63,310 bases of DNA, from positions 1 to 63,310 of the forward strand of contig JAGCJJ010000083.1 of the NCBI GenBank assembly GCA_017648065.1, in the 5' to 3' direction. Positions 1 through 9,415 of this stretch are shown here, piece after piece. Position numbers and translations under genes: made by a program. Source of the DNA: Kiritimatiellia bacterium (lineage in GTDB: Bacteria > Verrucomicrobiota > Kiritimatiellia > RFP12 > UBA3636). The notes under the pieces were generated by a model. It was not told the DNA's origin. It ran no database searches and was given only the letters and a program-made list of their open reading frames with translations. Each line of letters opens with the position of its first letter. Positions within the stretch are counted from its first letter, which is position 1.

Positions 1-924
1 ATTAAGCTTCTTGTTGACAGAGAAAACCCTAATTTATTTATTTTATGTGGCGACAATACACGTTGCATGGACTCAGAGGAAAAGCTTCGCTCATGCCTGA
101 CATCAATGGTAGGCTATATTGAAGAGAAAAAAATTCCTTGGGCACATGTGTATGGTAACCACGATCATGAGTATGCAGTATCAAAAGAAGAACAATCAAG
201 AATTTACTCATCATATGAGTGGTGCATAACCGAAAATGGTCCAGAAGATCTTTTTGGTGTTGGAAATTGCGTATTACCAGTAAAGTCTTCTAAATCTGAT
301 AAACTTGCTTTCAATGTATGGTTGTTAGACTCAGGAGCTTATATCAGTGGCAGAATTTACAAAGGCGTAGCATTGAAAGTTCTTCCATTCGAAGGTTCTA
401 AGGCTGCATATTATGACTTTATTAAGTTTAATCAAATCAAATGGTATGTTGAAACATCTGAGCAACTCGAAAAGTTTAACGGTGCAAAAATTCCTGGTTT
501 GATGGCTTTCCATATGCCTTTACATGAGGGATTTTTTGCATGGCAAAATAGAGACCAACTAGAGCATGATGGTGTATTTGGAGACAATGCAGTTCATGCA
601 CCACCTGTAAATTCTGGTTTGTTTACTGCAATGCTAGAAAGAGGCGATATTAAAGCTATTGCTAATGGACATGACCATAAAAATACAACTATGGTTAATT
701 ATGTAGGTGTTAAGTTCTGTTTTGTAGGTACACCTTCTACAATGGGTTACCATGATAAAAATTTACTAGGTGGACGTGTTTTCATCGCTAATGAAAATTC
801 ACCAGATGAAATTAAGACATATATGTCATATATCAATCCAGAAGCTGCTGCAAAAGTTGAAGCTGCTGCTCGCGAGGCTGATAAGCCAAAAGAGGAACCT
901 AAAGCAGAAACAACAGCTAAATAA
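1..924 (+). CDS. metallophosphoesterase (calcineurin-like); N-terminus cut by window edge
   Basis: Frame 1 is open from nt 1 (IKLLVDRENPNLFILCGDNT precedes the first Met at 67). GDN, GNHDHE, FHMPLH and GHDH motifs occur in canonical order. Ala/Glu/Lys-rich tail. Confidence 0.8.
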   Translation: MKLLVDRENPNLFILCGDNTRCMDSEEKLRSCLTSMVGYIEEKKIPWAHVYGNHDHEYAVSKEEQSRIYSSYEWCITENGPEDLFGVGNCVLPVKSSKSDKLAFNVWLLDSGAYISGRIYKGVALKVLPFEGSKAAYYDFIKFNQIKWYVETSEQLEKFNGAKIPGLMAFHMPLHEGFFAWQNRDQLEHDGVFGDNAVHAPPVNSGLFTAMLERGDIKAIANGHDHKNTTMVNYVGVKFCFVGTPSTMGYHDKNLLGGRVFIANENSPDEIKTYMSYINPEAAAKVEAAAREADKPKEEPKAETTAK

Positions 925-1003
925 TTATAGCTGATATTAATTATGAATACATTGGCATAGGTTATCATCCTGCCGGTTATAAAAATCTTTTAGGGTGGTA
1001 CCT

Positions 1004-1822
1004 ATGCTTAAACTTCATATTCTCAATGGTGATTTTTCGCTAGAGCTTTGGAAAAAATATAATTTTTCCACAAATTGGCTTGTTTGGAAGGAGACTTATT
1101 TAGAAGGACCACTTCCACAATCCGATGATTTACATGTTTTTAGAAGTGTAAGAGCTGAATTTCTTTCTACTTTTGAAGAATTATCCAGTATTAAAGTAGA
1201 TGCTCTTTATAAGCATTTGCAAAGGATGGATAATGCTCTTCTGGAATTATCAGAATCAAGTGAATTGATGTTGTGGTTTGATGCTTGTATTTTTGATCAA
1301 ACCATTTTAATGCGAGTTCTATATTTGCTAAACCAAAATAGGACGAATCTTCCTAAAATATACTTATATTGTTGTAAAAGTTATTGCTTAACAAATGAAG
1401 ATTTTCAAAAGGGATATTCTGAAAAGGTTCTTTTAGATTGTCATGATGTGGGAATCGCCGCAAAAGCTTGGAGTGCTTTTGTGTGTAAGGACGCCACACA
1501 AATGATAGAGCTGGCAGATTCAGAAGATTTTGCACATATGCCTGCAATGAGAAAAGCGTTGCTACGATGTGCTGAAGATGTTCCCAATGCAAATGGTTTG
1601 TCTCGTACAGAACGCCAAATCTTACAAATATTATCAATAGGGAAACACTCGTTTGAAGAGATTTTTCAAGGATTGGATGCTTTTGAAGAATATCCTTTTC
1701 TTGGTGATACGGCTTGTAAACGTATTTTGAATAATCTTGTTAAAAAAGGGTTGGTTTGTCTAGTTGAGAATAATAATTACCAACTATCCTCTGCATATAA
1801 CTCAGATGTCAGTGAGATTTAG
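1004..1822 (+). CDS. DUF1835-like protein (function unknown)
   Basis: The N-terminus MLKLHILNGDFS resembles the LHI-x-NGD start I remember for DUF1835 proteins. ATG 1004 has a GGGTGG RBS 6-7 nt upstream. The track ORF starts at GTG 995. Confidence 0.55.
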   Translation: MLKLHILNGDFSLELWKKYNFSTNWLVWKETYLEGPLPQSDDLHVFRSVRAEFLSTFEELSSIKVDALYKHLQRMDNALLELSESSELMLWFDACIFDQTILMRVLYLLNQNRTNLPKIYLYCCKSYCLTNEDFQKGYSEKVLLDCHDVGIAAKAWSAFVCKDATQMIELADSEDFAHMPAMRKALLRCAEDVPNANGLSRTERQILQILSIGKHSFEEIFQGLDAFEEYPFLGDTACKRILNNLVKKGLVCLVENNNYQLSSAYNSDVSEI

Positions 1823-1967
1823 TTTATATTTTTAAGTTCTTACACTGTTTTTGTGTGCTTATAATCTGTTGATATGTTGTGTGAAGCATCACCGGAGTTG
1901 TAGGTGGTGCTTTCCCTTTAGTGCTGATCCCCTTGTTTTTAGCTAAGTGAATTAGGTGTAAAATAAA

Positions 1968-1998
1968 AAGAGCGAACTTGTTCAAGCACGCTCTTTTG
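1968..1998. terminator. bidirectional intrinsic terminator between convergent genes
   Basis: Stem aagagcg / cgctctt (1968-1974 / 1989-1995), flanked by an A-run upstream and a T-run downstream. Confidence 0.5.
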
Positions 1999-2023
1999 TA
2001 AATGTTTTAGTTAAGTTTTGGTT

Positions 2024-3820
2024 TTATTTGTTTCCAACAAGTTTTTTGATCACAAATAATGTAGCTAAAAGTAGTGCTACTGTAATTGGGAATACAATAA
2101 ACCAATTATGTACGAAACCAGAAATCAAGAAACCAATAAATGATACTGAAGCAACAGTGATTGCATAAGGAAGCTGTGTTGAAACGTGGCTTACGTGATC
2201 ACATTGTGCACCAGCACTTGACATAATTGTTGTATCAGAGATAGGAGAGCAGTGGTCACCGCAAACAGCACCAGCCAAGCATGCTGACATACCAATGTAC
2301 AATAGTGGGCTTGAAGCATCGAATGTTGCAATAACAATTGGAATCAAAATACCAAATGTGCCCCATGATGTACCTGTTGAGAAAGCAATTACAGATGCAA
2401 TAATAAAGATTACTGCAGGTAGGAAGTTTGCTAGATTAGGTGCAGAATTCTGCATGATTGCTTCAATGAAGCTCTTTGCCTCAAGAGCATTTGTCATGTT
2501 CTTTAAGGATGCTGCCATTGTAAGAATGATAATTGCAGGAACCATTGCACAGAAACCTTCTGGTACACACATCATTGCCTTCTTAAGTGTGAAAATGCGG
2601 CGAATAATGTAGTATGTAATAACAAGTAGTAAAACAATTGTTGCGCCCCATGGCAGACCAACTGTTGCATCTGTGTTACCAAATGCATCAATAAAACCAA
2701 CGCCTTCATCAGCAATTCCACCAACGTGAAGTAGTGCAGCAATACAAATTACAACAAGGAACAGGATTGGTGCAACCAAATCAGCAATTTTACCCTTGCC
2801 CTTTACAGCTAGAATTGTGTTGCTTGTCTCATTTGGCTTTACTGTATATAAATCATCGTTTTCCAATGCATTCTTTTCAAATTTACGCATAGGACCAAAG
2901 TCTAATTTCATTACAATAAGTGCAACTACAAAGATTAGTGTTAGCAAAGAATAGAAGTTGAAAGGAATTGATTTGCAGAATAGGGCAATTCCACTGTAAC
3001 CTGTGCCTTCTGTGTATTCAGAAACTGCAGCTGCCCAGCTGGAAATTGGAGCAATCATACAGATTGGTGCAGCTGTAGCATCAATGATATATGCAAGCTT
3101 TGCACGAGAAATCTTCTTTGTATCTGTGATTGGAGCCATTACGCTACCAACAGTCAGGCAGTTAAAGTAGTCGTCAATAAAAATTATTACACCTAATAAG
3201 AATGTGCAAAGTTGGCATCCAACGCGTGACTTGATGTGTGCTTTTGCCCACTCACCAAATGCATATGCAGCACCACTGCGATTGATTAGGTAAACAAGTG
3301 AACCAAGGATAACTAGGAAGATAAATATACCAGCGGTTTCACTTACAGCAGTGATTAGACCCTCGTTTATAACAAAATCAATTGTTGGAAGAAGAGCAAA
3401 TTCATTTACAAATAATGCACCAACAACAATACCAATAAATAGGGAAGAATATACTTCCTTAGTAATTAGAGCTAGACCGATAGCAAGAAATGCTGGGAAA
3501 AGAGCCCACCAAGTGCCTGTAAAGCGAGATTTTTTGCTTGCTTCTTCTGCAGGTGCTTCTTCAGTAGGAGCTGCTTCTACGATAGGAGCTTCTGCAATTG
3601 TAGCCTCAGCAACAGTTGCTTCTGTAACAACGGCTTCTACTTCTGTAGCAGCTGTTTTTGCAATTGTATTTGCATTCTCTGCAATAGCTTCAACAGTGGT
3701 ATTTATTTTCGTAGCTACATCTTCTATTGCTGTAGCAGATGTGTCTTGTGCGAATAAATTTGCTGATAAAGCCATAATAGCTGTTACAGCAACCAATTTT
3801 AATGTATGATGAATTTTCAT
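2024..3820 (-). CDS. Na+/H+ antiporter NhaC family, with N-terminal signal-like and low-complexity extension
   Basis: Polytopic membrane protein. The GDHCSPISDTTI motif and overall layout are typical of the NhaC family. The first ~100 aa are MKIHHTLKLVAVTAIMALSANLFA followed by an Ala/Glu/Thr-rich tract. Confidence 0.8.
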   Translation of the reverse strand: MKIHHTLKLVAVTAIMALSANLFAQDTSATAIEDVATKINTTVEAIAENANTIAKTAATEVEAVVTEATVAEATIAEAPIVEAAPTEEAPAEEASKKSRFTGTWWALFPAFLAIGLALITKEVYSSLFIGIVVGALFVNEFALLPTIDFVINEGLITAVSETAGIFIFLVILGSLVYLINRSGAAYAFGEWAKAHIKSRVGCQLCTFLLGVIIFIDDYFNCLTVGSVMAPITDTKKISRAKLAYIIDATAAPICMIAPISSWAAAVSEYTEGTGYSGIALFCKSIPFNFYSLLTLIFVVALIVMKLDFGPMRKFEKNALENDDLYTVKPNETSNTILAVKGKGKIADLVAPILFLVVICIAALLHVGGIADEGVGFIDAFGNTDATVGLPWGATIVLLLVITYYIIRRIFTLKKAMMCVPEGFCAMVPAIIILTMAASLKNMTNALEAKSFIEAIMQNSAPNLANFLPAVIFIIASVIAFSTGTSWGTFGILIPIVIATFDASSPLLYIGMSACLAGAVCGDHCSPISDTTIMSSAGAQCDHVSHVSTQLPYAITVASVSFIGFLISGFVHNWFIVFPITVALLLATLFVIKKLVGNK

Positions 3821-3994
3821 GTCTTTCCTTAAATTAGTAATACTGATTTGTTTACCAAATTAAGAATAGATTAACAAAAAAATATGTATTCATCAAGTTG
3901 TAATTTTCTAGGAAATGGTAGTAACTAACTTAATAAACAAAATCATTGCGATAACATAAAATAGTGTGTTATAATTAGTACAAAATATTTTATT

Positions 3995-5785
3995 TTGGAT
4001 TTATACGATATGGATTTTAAATTGTTAACAGAAACACGCACCATTAAACTAGAACTGCCAGATGGCGGATTGACCCTTAAGCATGGTGGTGTTCTAAAAG
4101 AAATTAATGTTGCATACGAAACATGTGGAACATTATCTCCGCAATGTGATAATGTTATCTTTATTGCACATGCACTTACTGGTGATGCACATGTGGCAGG
4201 GTGGCATGCTGGTGATACTAAGCTTACTGGTTGGTGGTCCAACATGGTTTGCCCAGGAGGTGGTATTGATACTGACCGCTTTTATGTGGTTTGTGCAAAT
4301 GTGCTTGGTGGTTGTATGGGTACAACAGGACCATCTTCGATTAATCCAGATACTGGTAAGCCTTACGGTTCTACTTTCCCTGAGCTAACCATATCAGATA
4401 TGGTTGATGTTCATAAACTTTTCTTAGACCAAATAGGTATAAAAAAGTTATATGCAATAGTTGGTGGCAGTTTTGGTGGTATGCAAGCGCTTGATTTTAT
4501 CACTCGCTACCCAGATTTTGTTGAAAATGCAGCCATTATCGCTTCTGGAGCCAGCCTTACTACTCAAGCTCTTGCTTTTGATATTATTGGTAGAGAAGCC
4601 ATTGTTAATGATCCAAATTGGCGTAATGGTGATTATTACGACGATGGAAAATCACCTGATGTAGGCCTCTCCCAAGCTCGTAAATTAGCACATGTGACAT
4701 ATATCTCAAATGAGATGATGAAGGAGAAATTTGGCCGTAGGCGTCGTGATATCGCACAACAAAAGAATTTCCCTAATGCAGAAGAATTTCGCACTAATTT
4801 TGAGGTCGCAAATTATCTTGAACATCAAGGCGAGAAGTTCATAAATCGATTTGATGCAAATTCTTATTTGCATATCACACGTGCTACAGATGAATTTGAT
4901 ATGGGGGCTGAGTATGGTTCTCTGTCTAAGGCATTTGAATCAATAAAATCTAAAGTACTTGTTGTTGCATTAAGTGGTGATTGGCTGTTTCTTCCTAGTC
5001 AGTCAGAGGAACTCACAGAGGCTCTGTTTGAGGCAAAGAAGCGCGTATCATATTTCTGCTTAAATGCACCTGCTGGCCATGATGCATTTTTAACACATAT
5101 AACGGATTTGGTTAAAGTTGTATCGAATTTCTTAACAAAAGAACATCCAGCTTTTGACCCACGGTCACTTACAAGTGATGACCGCAAGGATTATGATCAG
5201 CTTATCAAGATGCTTCCAGAAAATACATCTTCAGTGCTTGATGTTGCTTGTGCAAATGGTATGCTTATGAGTTACATCAAGAGCAAAAACTCGGATGTTA
5301 AATGCACAGGCGTAGATATTGATTTAGAGCAAATAAATCATGCCCTTGCTAAGAATGATAATGCTGTATTAGCTAATGTTGATGCGGGGCTTGAAATCAT
5401 TCCGGATAATGCATTTGATTGTGCTATTTTGAGTGAGAGTTTGCAAGTTATGCGTGAACCAGACAAGGTTTTGTTAGAGCTGCTTCGCATAGCTCCAACA
5501 GCAATTGTTAGTTTCCCTAACTTTGGAATGTGGAGTGTGTTAGCTAGCCTTATGTTCAGAGGTAAAATGCCTAAGACAAAACGCTTGCCTTATGAATGGT
5601 ACAATACACCAAACATTCACTTATGTACAATTCGTGACTTTGTTCAATTGTGTAAAGATAAGAATATAAAGATAGAGAAGGTTTCTTATCAAACAACATT
5701 ATTCTTAAGCAAAGTTTTTGTTGCTCTTGGTATGAAAAATCTCGGAGCTTCACGTGTTCTTGTGAAACTTTCCAGAGGTGAGTAA
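3995..5785 (+). CDS. metX: homoserine O-acetyltransferase MetX fused to methionine biosynthesis protein MetW
   Basis: The N-terminal ~385 aa form an alpha/beta hydrolase with a GGSFGGMQAL nucleophile elbow and a MetX-like start (ELPDGGLTLKHGGVL, AYETCG). The C-terminal ~200 aa carry MetW hallmarks (VLDVACANG; VSFPNFGMW; LPYEWYNTPNIHLCTIRDF). The start may be ATG 4010 rather than TTG 3995. Confidence 0.9.
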   Translation: MDLYDMDFKLLTETRTIKLELPDGGLTLKHGGVLKEINVAYETCGTLSPQCDNVIFIAHALTGDAHVAGWHAGDTKLTGWWSNMVCPGGGIDTDRFYVVCANVLGGCMGTTGPSSINPDTGKPYGSTFPELTISDMVDVHKLFLDQIGIKKLYAIVGGSFGGMQALDFITRYPDFVENAAIIASGASLTTQALAFDIIGREAIVNDPNWRNGDYYDDGKSPDVGLSQARKLAHVTYISNEMMKEKFGRRRRDIAQQKNFPNAEEFRTNFEVANYLEHQGEKFINRFDANSYLHITRATDEFDMGAEYGSLSKAFESIKSKVLVVALSGDWLFLPSQSEELTEALFEAKKRVSYFCLNAPAGHDAFLTHITDLVKVVSNFLTKEHPAFDPRSLTSDDRKDYDQLIKMLPENTSSVLDVACANGMLMSYIKSKNSDVKCTGVDIDLEQINHALAKNDNAVLANVDAGLEIIPDNAFDCAILSESLQVMREPDKVLLELLRIAPTAIVSFPNFGMWSVLASLMFRGKMPKTKRLPYEWYNTPNIHLCTIRDFVQLCKDKNIKIEKVSYQTTLFLSKVFVALGMKNLGASRVLVKLSRGE

Positions 5786-5937
5786 CGTTAGCGGTTGCTT
5801 ATGATTCATTAGTGGGCAAAAGTTAGTGTGCTCATTTTAAGGTTCACTAGTTCATAATATTGTATTCACAATCATTAGATATGTACTACAACGTCTGGTA
5901 TTTCCAGCGGAAACAGATCTTGTAGATAAAACATCGC

Positions 5938-5966
5938 TTGACCAAAACTGTGGTTTTGGGTATAAT
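5938..5966 (+). promoter_or_regulatory. sigma70-type promoter for efp
   Basis: TTGACC (5938-5943), 17-nt spacer, TATAAT (5961-5966). An AGGAG RBS lies before ATG 6003. Confidence 0.55.
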
Positions 5967-6002
5967 ATTCGCCACAAATTTGTTAAATAAATAGGAGCAT
6001 AT

Positions 6003-6575
6003 ATGCCATATACAGCATCAGATCTACGTAAGGGCCTAAAGGTTATGTTCGAGGGCCAGCCTTACGTTATTACAGAATATCAGTTCACAAAGCCAGGTAA
6101 AGGTCAGTCAATCTATACATGTCGTTTGAAGCATCTTCTAACAGATAATACATTTGTTAAGAACTTCCGCGAAAATGATGTATTCGATATTCCTGCTTTA
6201 GAGACAAAGACAATGAACTACTCATATGCAGAGGGCGATGTTTATATCTTTGTTGACGAGAATTATGAGCAGGCAGAAATTCCTGAGTCAGTATTGGGTC
6301 AGCGTAAGTTCTTCCTTGTTGATGATATCGAGTGCGAGGTTCTATACCTAGATGGTAATCCAATTGATATCGAGCTACCATTCTTTATCGAGCGCCAGAT
6401 TATTGCTACAGAGCCAGGTGCAAAGGGCAATACAGCTGCTGGTAAGGTAATGAAGCCTGCAACAGTAGAGGGTGGTTATGAGCTACCAGTACCTATCTTC
6501 GTAAACGAAGGCGATTGGATTCGTATCGATACACGTACAGGCGAGTATGCTGACCGTGTAATGGGTAAAAAATAA
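6003..6575 (+). CDS. efp: elongation factor P
   Basis: 190 aa, collinear with E. coli EF-P. KPGKGQ loop with the conserved Lys. C-terminal DTRTGEYADRV. Confidence 0.95.
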   Translation: MPYTASDLRKGLKVMFEGQPYVITEYQFTKPGKGQSIYTCRLKHLLTDNTFVKNFRENDVFDIPALETKTMNYSYAEGDVYIFVDENYEQAEIPESVLGQRKFFLVDDIECEVLYLDGNPIDIELPFFIERQIIATEPGAKGNTAAGKVMKPATVEGGYELPVPIFVNEGDWIRIDTRTGEYADRVMGKK

Positions 6576-6576
6576 G

Positions 6577-7983
6577 ATGCCAAGCTTTTTGGCAAAACTT
6601 GTTAAAAAAAGCATTATGTTAAAGCTAGCCCTAATTTTGGTGTTGGCACATAGTGCTTTTTTTGCTTTTTCTATCGGGCCTCATGAGCTAGCTGTTCTTG
6701 TAAATGATTCTTCGCTAGACTCAATGATGCTCGCTAATTACTATTGTAAACTCCGTGGTGTTCCTGAGTGCAATATCGTAAAAGTGGAGCTTCCTGAGGA
6801 TGTTTTTAATCCTAAGAAGGAAATTAAAATATCCCACGAGAATTTTACAAAATATATTTGGGAACCTTTTCAAAATGTAATCAAAGAACGAGGCCTTGAT
6901 TCCCAAATCCTTGCAGTTGCTTTGTCTTGCGATTTCCCAACAACTGTTACTACCGATCCAGAAACCTCTGTTACGGGTGTTATTTTTGCTCGAAATGAGT
7001 TGCCGGAGTCGATGAAAATAAAGTCAGGGCAAGCAATATCATCTCTTTTTGCAGGTCCAAAAGATAAAAATAATGCAGTTTTTCTTTCAAAGTCATTAGA
7101 TGAAATGGTTGTAAAACCTGGAGCAGTACAACCTCTGCCTGCAATGATGATAGCATATATTGGTCCTAGAGGTATGACCTACGATGCTGCCCAGCAATTT
7201 GTTATAGAAATGGCGACAGTAGATTATTCTGCACCTAAAGGTACATATTATTTTGAAACGAATGAAGATGTGCGTACAAAATGTCGCCTTTGGGAATATC
7301 CTATAGCAGAGAATATTCTTCATAATGTTACTTTCCCAGGTATAAGCATTATGATTACTAATGCTCCTCCTTCTGTAGATTTGCCAATTATCGGATATAT
7401 GACTGGTAATCGCTATGTTAAACCTCAGCAAATGTTACTTATTCGAGGTGCTTTTGCAGATCACCTCACTAGCTTTGGTGCTGCATTTGGAGAGGGTGGT
7501 CATACAAAAATTACTAAGTGGCTTGAGGCAGGTGCTGGATTTTCTGCTGGTGCAGTGACAGAACCATATGCTATTTGGCAAAAATTCCCATCAGCTGTAA
7601 TTTTTGCTCACTATTTAACTGGATGTACAGCAATCGAATCTTTATATTTATCTGTGGCTAGCCCTTATCAGCTTTTAGCAATGGGTGATCCATTAGTAAA
7701 ACCTTGGGCACAAAAATTTGATGTGGCAATGAATCCAATACCAGAAAAGGTTTCTGGTAAACAAATTCTTTCTGTTGACGAATCTGTTGTTAAGCATGAA
7801 TTAACAAATCGATATTATTGGTTGGTTGATGGTAAACGGTTAGGTTTCGGAAAGAAATTTGCTTGGGATACTAAAAAAGAGAAAAATGGACGACACAAGG
7901 TGCGTCTCGTTGTTGGAAAGACGATAGATGGGGTAGTGCGTCAGCAATGCTTTGTTGAAAAAACAGTGGTAGTTGAAAACTAA
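6577..7983 (+). CDS. exported/anchored hypothetical protein
   Basis: 468-aa ORF. N-terminal hydrophobic segment LKLALILVLAHSAFFAF. The ATG lies 1 nt after the efp stop. I could not assign a family with confidence. Confidence 0.7.
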   Translation: MPSFLAKLVKKSIMLKLALILVLAHSAFFAFSIGPHELAVLVNDSSLDSMMLANYYCKLRGVPECNIVKVELPEDVFNPKKEIKISHENFTKYIWEPFQNVIKERGLDSQILAVALSCDFPTTVTTDPETSVTGVIFARNELPESMKIKSGQAISSLFAGPKDKNNAVFLSKSLDEMVVKPGAVQPLPAMMIAYIGPRGMTYDAAQQFVIEMATVDYSAPKGTYYFETNEDVRTKCRLWEYPIAENILHNVTFPGISIMITNAPPSVDLPIIGYMTGNRYVKPQQMLLIRGAFADHLTSFGAAFGEGGHTKITKWLEAGAGFSAGAVTEPYAIWQKFPSAVIFAHYLTGCTAIESLYLSVASPYQLLAMGDPLVKPWAQKFDVAMNPIPEKVSGKQILSVDESVVKHELTNRYYWLVDGKRLGFGKKFAWDTKKEKNGRHKVRLVVGKTIDGVVRQQCFVEKTVVVEN

Positions 7984-8030
7984 TTTTGGTAATATAAAAA
8001 AAATTTTAATTATTTTAGGTATAGATAGAA

Positions 8031-8798
8031 ATGAATGCAAAAAGCTTAATTTTAACAACATTGTGCATGGCACTTTTTCTAGTGGTTGGTTGTTCAAGAA
8101 ATGCAACTGTGGAAGCATTGGAATCTGCAATGGTTTCTGATGCAGCATTTCAAGAGGCATTGGAACAGCAAAAGTCTGGTGATTTAGTTGGAGCAAGAGA
8201 AAGCTTTGGTAGAATAGTTGCGGTACAACCTACAAATTCTATTGCGCGATTACATTATGCAATTCTTTTGCAGGATGTTCCTCCTGTAGACCCTTATGCT
8301 GCATTGGCTAATTATGAAGCTTATTTGGTGATTGCACCAGATTCAGATAAGGTTTCATTGGTAAATGATCGTATTCAAAAAGCCCGTCAGCAAATTTCGA
8401 AGCGTTTTGATGAATCTTTGATTGAAGATCGTGAAAATAAAATTAATTCCTATATCGTACAGATTAGAGAATTGAATAATAAAATTTCTTCATTGGAAAA
8501 GGATGTTGAACTAGGGAAAAAACTTCTTGCTCAATCCGAAGAATTAAGAAAAGAGGAAGTGTCTCGTAATAAACGTTTAAATTACATTATTGATACTCTT
8601 TCTTCCGGTGGCGTTATAACAAAATTGCCAGAGTCTCCTAATGCTAATCGAACATATATCGTTAAGCGTGGAGACACTCTTTGGTCCATTGCTAGAGAAA
8701 TGTATGGAGATCCAAATAGAAATGTGGATATCGAGGCCGCAAATGGAATCAAAGAAGGTGAGAAGCTTGTTGAAGGTCAAAGATTGATTATTCCTTAA
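8031..8798 (+). CDS. LysM domain lipoprotein with TPR-like and coiled-coil regions
   Basis: Lipobox-like LFLVVGC. C-terminal LysM (YIVKRGDTLWSIAREMYGD...GQRLIIP). The central region has heptad-like character. Confidence 0.8.
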   Translation: MNAKSLILTTLCMALFLVVGCSRNATVEALESAMVSDAAFQEALEQQKSGDLVGARESFGRIVAVQPTNSIARLHYAILLQDVPPVDPYAALANYEAYLVIAPDSDKVSLVNDRIQKARQQISKRFDESLIEDRENKINSYIVQIRELNNKISSLEKDVELGKKLLAQSEELRKEEVSRNKRLNYIIDTLSSGGVITKLPESPNANRTYIVKRGDTLWSIAREMYGDPNRNVDIEAANGIKEGEKLVEGQRLIIP

Positions 8799-8806
8799 TT
8801 TTATAA

Positions 8807-9073
8807 ATGAAGAAAAAGTATAGTGGATTTTTAGGCGAACCTGGCTATTCGGGTGCTCGTAGGAAAAGAACAAAATGCGATTTTTCCAGAGTGCCTAATT
8901 CAATCGAGAGTCGTTTTATGGGCCTCGTCGTGGCAAATAATAATGATTTGCCAGGAAATATTAAGGTAAAAAATCAGCGGGTACGCAGAGTAAGAAATCA
9001 CATAAGATTAGATGTTGTATTTGTGTTTGTCTTACTAATTTTATGGTTAGTTGGATATTATTGTATCGGCTAA
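8807..9073 (+). CDS. small basic C-terminally anchored hypothetical protein
   Basis: 88-aa ORF 8 nt after the LysM gene. A single C-terminal TM segment (VVFVFVLLILWLVGYYCIG). No family recognised. Confidence 0.35.
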   Translation: MKKKYSGFLGEPGYSGARRKRTKCDFSRVPNSIESRFMGLVVANNNDLPGNIKVKNQRVRRVRNHIRLDVVFVFVLLILWLVGYYCIG

Positions 9074-9347
9074 AGCTAAATATATAAAAACAATATTATT
9101 TTGTTTTTGCTGTAAGGCTTTGATTTGCAGGTGTTTTTAATAAGACGTTAATCGTAGTCTTTACCCATAGTATTAAAGAAAAATCATTAAATTTATCTTG
9201 GTCTAAAATTCAGGAAAGTATTGTTTTTTGTATAAAAAATACCTATGTTTTAGACTCATAACAGGTGATTAGGCGAGAGAAAAGTTAAAATGTGTTTTTG
9301 CTTTTTTGTACAGCGCTCTTACTGCCGTTTTTAGGATAAACTTTTTG

Positions 9348-9377
9348 TTGCTAGAATTTTATTAAATATGCTATAAT
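9348..9377 (+). promoter_or_regulatory. putative sigma70-type promoter for smc
   Basis: TTGCTA (9348-9353), 18-nt spacer, TATAAT (9372-9377). Confidence 0.4.
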
Positions 9378-9415
9378 TTATACAAATTATTTACTTATAA
9401 AATTTGAGGTTTTTT

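Noticed and set aside
2295-3809. + strand ORFs 2295-2612 and 3351-3809
   Set aside because: They are antisense to the NhaC-family gene, whose motifs and membrane topology are convincing. The + strand products are low-complexity mirror images.
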